From: Planctopirus limnophila DSM 3776
Lineage (GTDB): Bacteria; Planctomycetota; Planctomycetia; Planctomycetales; Planctomycetaceae
Assembly (NCBI RefSeq): GCF_000092105.1
Contig: NC_014148.1
Location: 2,820,001-2,852,000, forward strand
Direction: 5' to 3'
Length of the DNA stretch: 32,000 nt
Under the pieces are notes generated by a model. The model saw nothing but the letters and a program-made list of their open reading frames with translations, was not told where the DNA came from and made no database searches. Made by a program: the position numbers and the translations under genes. Shown piece by piece: positions 25,672 to 32,000 of the stretch (its first letter is position 1; each line of letters opens with the position of its first letter).

Positions 25672-27492
25672 ATGACGAACCCGCCAAAACGCCCTTTGGC
25701 CCACGATGATGACTCCTGGGGCAAACTTGCTTCTGATTTGTTCGGTATTGAGTTCGGTGTCGACGATGAACTGGATCTGCCAGATCCTGACGAGTTGAAC
25801 GAATCGATCCCCACAGCCGCAACTCTTCCTCTGGAAGAGCCCATCATTGAAACGCCCTCCATCACCGAACTGCCTGCACCGGCCTCACCGGCTCCTGCTC
25901 GGCGAAAGAAAGTGGTCGACGACGCGTTTGGAAGCGACCTGTTCGACTCCGATATCGAGGAAGAAGCCGAAGAGTTTGAAGCTGTGGCTGAGGTTCGGGA
26001 AGTGAGTCCGGCCAGACCTGCACCCCGTGCTCCTCAAAAACCAGCTGTCACCAAGGAGACAACCAGTCGCGTCGAGACCACCCATAGTGAGCTTGACGAG
26101 GACGAACTTGAAGACGCTCCTTCAACCGATGAATTCCCCATGACGATCGCCGAACAGGGTGATGACTACTGGGATGCCCTCGAAAGCTGGAACTGGGACG
26201 AACCACAAGGCAAATCCCGCGAGTCTCGCCCGAAAGATCTGCTCAAGACGCTCGAAGCCGAAGTCGCGAGGAATTCTCGCCAGGCACGTGAACTCGCAGA
26301 TCCCCATGCGGCTGAGAAGAGAGGTCGCCGTTCTGCCTCCAGAGATTCCGGAGGAGAATCTGAGCGTAGTGGTCGCCCATCCTCATCGGCAGCGTCCGGA
26401 GAAAGACGTTCTGAAAGAAAGTCTGGCACTCGCGAAGGGACTCCGCATGAACGGAGACCCCGATCGGCTGAAGCTCATTCCGGGGCTGCTGATTCAAGTT
26501 CAGGAGTGCCACGATCCAAAGCCGCTCGAGACGATTCGTATCCTCCCTCCAGTCAACCACGCCAGAGACGAGTTGCTGAAGAACGACTTCCAGCAACGGA
26601 GCGTGCCGCTTATCAGTCCGCCAATGATGACGAATTTGGCTCAGGCTTGAGTGAGTCCGCAGGAACTTCTGAGCGATCTCCATCGCGCCGCCCTCCTCGA
26701 CCGGTTTCACAACCACGACGACCAGTTCCCGTTGACGCTCTGGCTGAAGATGATGAACTGGACGACGTGACAGAAATCGATGACGTCGCCTTCGTCGCAG
26801 AATCTTCTGAGATTTCTGAGGAAGGTGAAGTTCGTCGTCGTCGCCGCCGTCGTCGTCGTCCAGGAAATCGGCCTGGCGAAACTTCGCGCGATCCTTTGGT
26901 CGCCGAAGAGTTTGGTACAGACAGTGATGAGCTTGAGGAGCATCTCGAAGACAGTCGCGCACTTGATCCAGATGAACCCGAGCTCGAGCTCTCGGAGCGC
27001 GAACGGCCTGCACCACGAACAGAGAAAAGCTCTGCGGACAAACCAGCGAGGGATCGTTCAAGGCGTGACCGTAGTCCGCGCAGAGCCTCAGATGAACGCA
27101 CTGATCGACCAGCCAGGCCACCCCGTGCAGAATCTGCCCGTAGCGAATCGCCTCGTGTCAAAAAAGAAAGTGATCCTGTTATCGGTGATCGGGACAACGA
27201 GTTTGTTGATGAGCCCAGGCACAGGTCACGTCGGCCGGTGAGTGATGAGAACTACACTGAACGTTCTCCACGCGACCTCGAAGTTCCTCCATCGAGGCGA
27301 CCGGTAGCAACGGTTTCACAAACTGTTGATGAAGCTTCGCACGATCCAGTAACTCCTGCCAACTACGACGATATCCCCACCTGGGAAGAAGCGATCGGGA
27401 TGCTCGTCAAAACACCAGCATCCACTGAAGGAGATCGCTCCTCCAGGCCGCGCCGCGACGATCATCGGCGAGGTGACAGATATCGCAGTTGA
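25672..27492 (+). CDS. Highly charged low-complexity (probably disordered) protein with an R9 tract, about 606 aa
   Basis: This is a long ORF with consistent Arg/Glu/Asp/Ser/Pro-rich composition. The start is chosen at the ATG at 25672 (the track start at 25588 is TTG). I recognise no enzymatic motif. The ends look conserved (N-terminal DDSWGKLASDLFGIEFG, C-terminal ANYDDIPTWEEAIGMLVK). Coding status is supported mainly by length and by strong periodic codon bias, which also generates shadow ORFs on the opposite strand. Confidence 0.7.
   Translation: MTNPPKRPLAHDDDSWGKLASDLFGIEFGVDDELDLPDPDELNESIPTAATLPLEEPIIETPSITELPAPASPAPARRKKVVDDAFGSDLFDSDIEEEAEEFEAVAEVREVSPARPAPRAPQKPAVTKETTSRVETTHSELDEDELEDAPSTDEFPMTIAEQGDDYWDALESWNWDEPQGKSRESRPKDLLKTLEAEVARNSRQARELADPHAAEKRGRRSASRDSGGESERSGRPSSSAASGERRSERKSGTREGTPHERRPRSAEAHSGAADSSSGVPRSKAARDDSYPPSSQPRQRRVAEERLPATERAAYQSANDDEFGSGLSESAGTSERSPSRRPPRPVSQPRRPVPVDALAEDDELDDVTEIDDVAFVAESSEISEEGEVRRRRRRRRRPGNRPGETSRDPLVAEEFGTDSDELEEHLEDSRALDPDEPELELSERERPAPRTEKSSADKPARDRSRRDRSPRRASDERTDRPARPPRAESARSESPRVKKESDPVIGDRDNEFVDEPRHRSRRPVSDENYTERSPRDLEVPPSRRPVATVSQTVDEASHDPVTPANYDDIPTWEEAIGMLVKTPASTEGDRSSRPRRDDHRRGDRYRS
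26833..26859 (+). repeat. (CGN)9 triplet tract encoding nine consecutive arginines
   Basis: CGT CGT CGT CGC CGC CGT CGT CGT CGT, in frame with the ATG at 25672. Confidence 0.95.
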
Positions 27493-27516
27493 ATCAGGTG
27501 AACGCCGCCGAACATG

Positions 27517-27567
27517 GAGTCACAGTTGGACATAGGTCACAGCCGATCATAAGTCACAGCTGAATCA
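27517..27567 (+). repeat. Three imperfect 17-bp tandem repeats with an invariant GTCACAG core
   Basis: The three units are GAGTCACAGTTGGACAT, AGGTCACAGCCGATCAT and AAGTCACAGCTGAATCA. The cores sit at 27519, 27536 and 27553, exactly 17 bp apart. The array starts 25 nt after the stop of the charged protein. Confidence 0.85.
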
Positions 27568-27570
27568 GAG

Positions 27571-27595
27571 CAGCCGCTCATCTGTTGAGCGGCTG
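27571..27595 (+). terminator. Candidate terminator hairpin after the charged-protein gene
   Basis: CAGCCGCTCA-tctgt-TGAGCGGCTG is a perfect 10-bp GC-rich stem. The following sequence (TCTCAGATCT) is only weakly U-rich. Confidence 0.5.
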
Positions 27596-27842
27596 TCTCA
27601 GATCTAATACGACCTCCAGTCGGTGAAGTTTGCTGATCAGGAACGGCGCCAGCGAGCAAAATTGGCCCGATGGTGCGGATAAATGAATCGCATCATGAGT
27701 TCTACGAGGTTCTGTTGCCTGCACAATCAAGCTCTGCGTCTTGGCAGCTATTCACATTGCCAAAAGGTCATTCAAGCCAATACCAAGGTTTCGTCTACAA
27801 TCGATTTGAAATAGCTTCGCTTATCAGGATTTTTTGCTGCCA

Positions 27843-29165
27843 ATGTCGTCTCTCGAACCGAATTCAGCTGGCACTCCTTCGCGAACTTGCCGTCTCGTTA
27901 CGCTTGGCTGCAAGGTAAATCAGTACGAAACTCAACTTGTCAAAGAAGCGCTGGCCAGGCACGGATATCGCGAAGTAAATGAACACGAAATCGCCGACCT
28001 GTGCTTCGTAAACACCTGCACTGTCACAGCGAACGGTGAATCCCGATCGCGGCAAGTCGTCCGCCAGTTAGCAAAGTCGAATCCAGGGACACGGACGATT
28101 GTCGTTGGTTGTGGTGTGACGAGATCACCGGAATCGTTTCGCCAACTCCCCTCAGTGCATGAGGTCGTCACTGATCGCCGCGAATTGCCCGATGTTCTCC
28201 AGCGATATGGGGTGGTTGAATTTCCACGAGGGATCGAACGGTTTGAGGGACGCAAGCGGGCATATGTGAAAGTTCAGGATGGATGTGCTCTGCGCTGCAC
28301 TTACTGCATTATTCCTCAGGTGCGTCCCCATCTGATCAGTCGCGAACCCGAAGATATCGAGCGGGAAGTTCGCCAGCTGATCGCCAATGGATATCAGGAA
28401 ATCATCCTGACCGGTGTCCACATCGGTCACTACGGAGTGGATCTCAGGAGGAGAACAGCCGGTGCTCCCCGCATCAGGCTCTGGCACCTGATTGACCGCC
28501 TCGACAAGATCGCTGGTCACTGGAGAATGCGTCTATCGAGCATTGAAGCGGCTGAAATGACGGATGAATTCATCAGCTCTGTCAGTAGTGCCGAACACCT
28601 CTGTCCTCAGTTCCACCCTGCCCTGCAAAGTGGCTCGAATGCCGTGCTGTCGCGAATGAGAAGGCGCTATACCAAAGAAAAATTCATCGACATTGTCGAT
28701 CAACTCAAAGAAGCTTTGCCTCACCCAGGTTTTTCCACAGATGTCATTGTCGGATTTCCCGGTGAAACCGACGAAGAGTTTGCTGAAACTCTCGACGTCT
28801 GCCAGAACGTAGGATTCACAAAAATTCATGCCTTTTCCTTCAGTGCCCGCGAAGGAACTCCAGCCGCCACATTCCCGGACCGTGTCCATGGACATGTGAT
28901 CAATGCTCGGATTAAGGCTCTCGAAGATCTCGAACTCCAACTGGTGCAATCCTTTGGAGAAAATCTGAAAGGTTCCAGAATCGAGGTTATGGTCGAGTCC
29001 ATTCATCCTGACCATCCTGATTTAGTCGTTGGTACCGACGAGCGTTACTGTCCCGTAATCCTCGCGGGAAATGCCTCCGATTTAGGACAATTGAGAGAAA
29101 CATTGGTGATTGGCGTGCGGCAGGGTATGCTTTGGGGTCAAGGGGCAGAAGTCTTGCAAGTGTAA
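27843..29165 (+). CDS. mtaB: MiaB-family radical SAM methylthiotransferase, MtaB-like
   Basis: N-terminal UPF0004 motif LVTLGCKVNQYETQLVKEAL and radical-SAM cluster motif CALRCTYCIIP. The protein also has GVHIG, FHPALQSGSNAVLSRMRR and VGFPGETDEEF, plus a TRAM-like C-terminus. The start is the ATG at 27843 (the track start is TTG). Confidence 0.85.
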   Translation: MSSLEPNSAGTPSRTCRLVTLGCKVNQYETQLVKEALARHGYREVNEHEIADLCFVNTCTVTANGESRSRQVVRQLAKSNPGTRTIVVGCGVTRSPESFRQLPSVHEVVTDRRELPDVLQRYGVVEFPRGIERFEGRKRAYVKVQDGCALRCTYCIIPQVRPHLISREPEDIEREVRQLIANGYQEIILTGVHIGHYGVDLRRRTAGAPRIRLWHLIDRLDKIAGHWRMRLSSIEAAEMTDEFISSVSSAEHLCPQFHPALQSGSNAVLSRMRRRYTKEKFIDIVDQLKEALPHPGFSTDVIVGFPGETDEEFAETLDVCQNVGFTKIHAFSFSAREGTPAATFPDRVHGHVINARIKALEDLELQLVQSFGENLKGSRIEVMVESIHPDHPDLVVGTDERYCPVILAGNASDLGQLRETLVIGVRQGMLWGQGAEVLQV

Positions 29166-29239
29166 GAAACACCTCGACTCTACTGTCCGAGTTGGCGGTG
29201 TTCCTTGTTGTGAATTCAGGCAGAGCGAAGGTGGTTCGA

Positions 29240-29614
29240 ATGAGTCAACCTGAGTTTCAAGCAAGTTTTTTTGACCTGCAGCCTAACGGTGATGTGCTTG
29301 TCGCCACCATTAGCCGCAAGTTATTGACTGAGGACGAAAACCTCGAACAGATGTCGCAGGAACTTCTGTCCTTAATCGATACTTTTAACTGCCGTAAACT
29401 TGTGGTCAGTCTGGAACGTGTCACCTTTGTGACCAGCGCAGCTCTCGGAAAGTTAATCACTCTTCATCGGCGTCTTCATCGTAAAGATGGCCGTATGGTC
29501 CTGGCAGCCGCCAATGGTGGAGTTGCCGATGTGCTGAAACTGAGTCGCCTGCAGGATTACTTTTTGATGGCCATCGATGTTCCTTCGGGAATCAGCCAGT
29601 TGCAGGCCACCTGA
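29240..29614 (+). CDS. STAS-domain protein (anti-sigma-factor antagonist, SpoIIAA-like)
   Basis: The ATG at 29240 is preceded by GAAGGTGG. The STAS-like pattern is ...GDVLVATISRKLLTEDENLEQMSQELLSLID..RKLVVSLERVTFVTSAALGKLITLHRRL...GRMVLAAANGGVADVLKLSRL. The usual phospho-Ser position appears as VTSAALG. Confidence 0.75.
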   Translation: MSQPEFQASFFDLQPNGDVLVATISRKLLTEDENLEQMSQELLSLIDTFNCRKLVVSLERVTFVTSAALGKLITLHRRLHRKDGRMVLAAANGGVADVLKLSRLQDYFLMAIDVPSGISQLQAT

Positions 29615-29627
29615 CGAGTTGCAGCAA

Positions 29628-29642
29628 CGAGGACGATCCTCG
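29628..29642 (+). terminator. Small hairpin after the STAS gene
   Basis: CGAGGA-cga-TCCTCG lies 14 nt after the stop and is followed by ATATTCTTCC. A second AT-rich palindrome, TCGAAA-gat-TTTCGA, sits at 29654-29668. Confidence 0.25.
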
Positions 29643-29706
29643 ATATTCTTCCATCGAAAGATTTTCGAACGGTAGAAACAGCTCCATAAAGAAGGCGGTT
29701 GTCCTG

Positions 29707-30417
29707 GTGGTTCTCGAACATCGTCCGCATCCATCTTCCGGGTTATTGATTGTCATTGAAGGAATCGACGGTGCGGGGAAAGGAACCCAGACCAAACTCC
29801 TCCACGAACGTCTCAAGTCAACATCACGAGACGTTTTTACGCTGAGCTTTCCTCGCTACGAAAGCACATTCTTCGGACAGCGCGTAGCCGATTTTCTCAA
29901 TGGAAGATTTGGCACTCTGGAGCAGGTTCACCCTTTTCTGGCAGCAATGCTCTATGCCGGCGATCGCTTCGAGAGTCGTGATCTTCTCCAATCCGCATTG
30001 AACGAAGGCAAGATTGTACTTTGCGATCGATACATTCCTTCGAATCTGGCTCATCAACTCACCAAGGCCCAGCCCGAGTTGCGAGCGGAAATGCAGCAGT
30101 GGATTGAGCACGTCGAGTATCATCTCTATCAAATGCCCAGGCCCGATCTGGTGGTGCTTCTGGATACCACTGCGGAAACTGCGACAACACTGATTGATCG
30201 CAAGCAGGCGCGGGATTACACGACATCGAAGGCCGATCTTCATGAGGCCGATCAGCATTATCTGGAACGCGTACTGATTGAATATCGAAATCTGGCAGCG
30301 AATAACCCACTCTGGCATGTCGTCCCCTGCCTCCAGAATTCGATTCTCCGTTCGCAGACAGAAATCGCTGAGGAAATCTACACGTTCGTAGAATCCTTCA
30401 TCTCCAGGCGGATTTAA
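29707..30417 (+). CDS. tmk: Thymidylate (dTMP) kinase
   Basis: P-loop IVIEGIDGAGKGTQ, DRY motif (CDRYIPSNLAHQ) and a lid region (RKQARDYTTSKADLHE). No ATG is available. The start is GTG at 29707 (GAAGG 11 nt upstream), or alternatively TTG at 29746. Confidence 0.88.
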   Translation: MVLEHRPHPSSGLLIVIEGIDGAGKGTQTKLLHERLKSTSRDVFTLSFPRYESTFFGQRVADFLNGRFGTLEQVHPFLAAMLYAGDRFESRDLLQSALNEGKIVLCDRYIPSNLAHQLTKAQPELRAEMQQWIEHVEYHLYQMPRPDLVVLLDTTAETATTLIDRKQARDYTTSKADLHEADQHYLERVLIEYRNLAANNPLWHVVPCLQNSILRSQTEIAEEIYTFVESFISRRI

Positions 30418-30523
30418 TCTGGTTTTGAGTTCGAGCCCGCTGAAGCCAAAACTGGAACCATCGTCGGCATATCATATTGAACCTGTATGCCTGCTGAGTG
30501 AACGAAAGGAAGGTGGCGAGTTC

Positions 30524-31024
30524 ATGGACGAGTTGGAAGCATCGATGGCTGCAGCGTCATCCACTTTCGTTCCACTGTCAGGATTGGCGACCAACTCCCC
30601 ACGAGAGGTTTCTGACGTCACTGATTTTGTCAGTCTTGTGGAATCCCGAAAGCATTGGATTCAGCACGTGTTGCGCCCCTGGTGCCGCTTTGCCCCTATT
30701 GCCGAACTTCGGCTTGCCGCCTTGAATTGGGTTGATCTCGCCGGGCAGATCTCGCCAGATGCCACCTTATGGCCCTGGGCCTGGGAGCGTTTTGAAGGGG
30801 TGATACATACGGAGCTTGGCTTTGATGAATCTCGCCAGTGGAAAGTTTCGCTTGGTAATGGGTGCGAAATTTCGGGCTATATCAATGGTCGATTGAGCCG
30901 TGGTGAGCAAATCGTACTGGTCTACCGCGACTCTCACTCAGAGCAATTAACAACCACTTCGCCGATCGGTCTCGATGAGATTTCTTCAATCAGGCCGCTC
31001 GAACCCAGCCCACGCAGCGAGTAA
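30524..31024 (+). CDS. Hypothetical Trp-rich protein (166 aa)
   Basis: The ATG at 30524 is preceded by AAGGAAGGTGG. The track ORF starts at the TTG at 30425, 7 nt after the tmk stop, and that start is not excluded. I recognise no family (…RKHWIQHVLRPWCRFAPIAELRLAALNWVDLAGQISPDATLWPWAWERF…). Confidence 0.5.
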   Translation: MDELEASMAAASSTFVPLSGLATNSPREVSDVTDFVSLVESRKHWIQHVLRPWCRFAPIAELRLAALNWVDLAGQISPDATLWPWAWERFEGVIHTELGFDESRQWKVSLGNGCEISGYINGRLSRGEQIVLVYRDSHSEQLTTTSPIGLDEISSIRPLEPSPRSE

Positions 31025-31025
31025 A

Positions 31026-31077
31026 TCACATCACTCGAAAGAATAGAAATCCGCCTGTCGACGCACATGTGATGTGA
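31026..31077. terminator. 9-bp inverted repeat between convergent genes (possible bidirectional terminator)
   Basis: TCACATCAC at 31026-31034 pairs with GTGATGTGA at 31069-31077 across a 34-nt loop. It sits between the stop at 31024 (+) and the stop at 31093 (-). Confidence 0.3.
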
Positions 31078-31092
31078 ACCGGACATTTCAGG

Positions 31093-31521
31093 CTATTCTT
31101 CAATCAGCTTGACGTCACTCCGAGATGGCATGTTCGCAGGAAGTGGTGTTTCCGGGGAGAGCTTCAACCGATCCTCAGGAATAGCGACTTCGATGACCTC
31201 AGTATGTGCTTCCTGCTGATGAACCACGGGATCGGCTGGCCCCATGGTGACGCGGAACTTCTCGCTGGCCAGTGAGAGTTCATCCCCCGGCAAAAGTGCT
31301 CCCCTGACAACCCGTTGCCCATTGACCTTCGTGCCATTCGTACTTCCCAGATCGCGGATGAACAGCAATCCGTCAGTCCGGACAATAAGACAGTGCAGCT
31401 TGGAAATACTGCTTTTATCAATAAAGACATCGCACAGATCTTCCTGACGGCCGATCAGCGTAATGTCTCGCGTGATAGGAATCACAGGGCCACCTTTCAG
31501 TGGCGTCAATTCTGCCTTCAT
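31093..31521 (-). CDS. FHA-domain protein (small, single domain)
   Basis: ITLIGRQEDLCDVFIDKSSISKLHCLIVRTDGLLFIRDLGSTNGTKVNGQRV contains the FHA signature G-R...S..H...D..S.NGT..NG. Confidence 0.92.
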   Translation of the reverse strand: MKAELTPLKGGPVIPITRDITLIGRQEDLCDVFIDKSSISKLHCLIVRTDGLLFIRDLGSTNGTKVNGQRVVRGALLPGDELSLASEKFRVTMGPADPVVHQQEAHTEVIEVAIPEDRLKLSPETPLPANMPSRSDVKLIEE

Positions 31522-31766
31522 AAACTCGTCTCGCTGTAAGGATGCACCCCACTTAATCTTGCCATCCGCCGGGAAGCGATGTCAATCTCCTCCATCGCAA
31601 CCTCTCGATCAATCAGAAGAACGGTTGCCTGCCGTCTGGAATGAATCGATCGTTCGTTCCGTAAACTCTTGAGATAGCTGCAATCGCCTGCTGCAAGACG
31701 ATTCTGCCGAATTTCCACGTCATGCCTGCAGTGAAGAAGCACGTTGAGAATGATCCGATTCTTCAA
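31518..31766 (-). CDS. Possible small ORF (82 aa) translationally coupled to the FHA gene
   Basis: Its stop overlaps the FHA start (ATGA at 31518-31521). Its TTG start overlaps the stop of the upstream ORF by 4 nt (TTGA). Codon usage is mediocre (several TTA/AGA/AGG codons) and I recognise no family. Confidence 0.3.
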   Translation of the reverse strand: MKNRIILNVLLHCRHDVEIRQNRLAAGDCSYLKSLRNERSIHSRRQATVLLIDREVAMEEIDIASRRMARLSGVHPYSETSL

Positions 31767-32000
31767 ACGGGCTCTTTACCAGTATCTCCGCAGGAAAAAT
31801 TGCTCTTCAAGGAGGTGCTGCTGTTCGCATCGCTCTCTCCGGAAGATGGACGCTCGTTCTCAGCCAACTGATTCTCGGCATCGGCCGGCAATCCTGCCAG
31901 GACTGGCTGATCGATCGAACCCATCGAAGGCTGAACAGATAATGGTCGGAACGTGGGTTCAACCACACCCGAACTCATTTTTGGTACGGTCGCAAGAATC
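31763..32000 (-). CDS. Possible ORF: either the 3' end of a longer gene entering from the right edge, or a 71-aa ORF starting at the ATG at 31978
   Basis: The reading frame stays open from 31978 to the window edge (…ILATVPK-MSSGVVEPTF…). The product is a low-complexity Ser/Pro/Glu-rich sequence. It overlaps the next ORF by 4 nt. Confidence 0.3.
   Translation of the reverse strand, partial: ILATVPKMSSGVVEPTFRPLSVQPSMGSIDQPVLAGLPADAENQLAENERPSSGESDANSSTSLKSNFSCGDTGKEPV

Noticed and set aside
26243-27197. Long minus-strand ORFs (292 aa and 194 aa) opposite the charged-protein gene
   Set aside because: They are mirror frames of a GA/CG-rich triplet-periodic gene. One is an Arg/Ser repeat shadow. 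The plus frame is the longest and has the structured termini.
27517-27567. 17-bp tandem repeats as a CRISPR array
   Set aside because: There are only three units, they are directly adjacent with no spacers, they are too short, and no cas genes are present.
29233-29241. GGTTCGAAT, a tRNA T-loop-like word
   Set aside because: The flanking bases cannot form a T-stem, acceptor arm or anticodon arm. The word is part of the RBS and start region of the STAS gene.
1-32000. Mobile element, prophage, defence island or horizontally acquired segment
   Set aside because: I saw no transposase, integrase, recombinase, phage or known defence gene motifs. There is no tRNA-flanked boundary and no terminal inverted or direct repeats bracketing a block. 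Gene content is mostly core metabolism and information processing.

Overview
The window is a gene-dense chromosomal core segment. By inference it comes from a Planctomycetota-like genome. That inference rests on the protein families present, frequent Tat-type signals, many Ser/Thr-phospho-signalling modules, a GldF-GldG fusion next to a DUF4340-like gene, a trpC outside any trp operon, and frequent GTG/TTG starts. I cannot confirm the taxonomy without a database search.

I support about 28 CDS:
- Housekeeping genes: glyA, scpB, trpC, tyrS, topA, tmk and an MtaB-like methylthiotransferase.
- Envelope and transport genes: a CPBP protease, a PpiD/SurA-like chaperone, and an ABC ATPase + GldF/GldG-fusion + DUF4340-like operon.
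- Signalling and regulatory proteins: a partial Ser/Thr kinase at the left edge that is missing from the supplied ORF track, a BRCT-MerR-TPR fusion, a STAS protein and an FHA protein.
- Several hypotheticals, including a roughly 600-aa highly charged, low-complexity protein.

The ORF track translates TTG/GTG as M and reports the longest ORFs. I therefore trimmed several starts to downstream ATG codons that have Shine-Dalgarno-like motifs.

I saw no rRNA, tRNA, CRISPR array, transposase, integrase or phage genes, and no obvious island boundary. I did not find a self-contained, clearly novel multi-gene system. The items most worth a second look are:
1. A textbook MerR-type promoter layout (over-long spacer containing a perfect 14-bp palindrome) in front of the unusual BRCT-MerR-TPR gene.
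2. The ABC/GldFG/DUF4340 operon and its structured intergenic regions.
3. A 323-bp repeat-rich, helix-rich leader ending in a terminator-like hairpin 12 nt before an exported thioredoxin-like gene.
4. The polyampholyte protein with an R9 tract and recurring acidic-FG motifs, followed by 3 x 17-bp tandem repeats.
5. A chain of 4-nt-overlapping small ORFs feeding into the FHA gene at the right edge.

All functional calls come from motif recognition by eye. None has been checked against a database.
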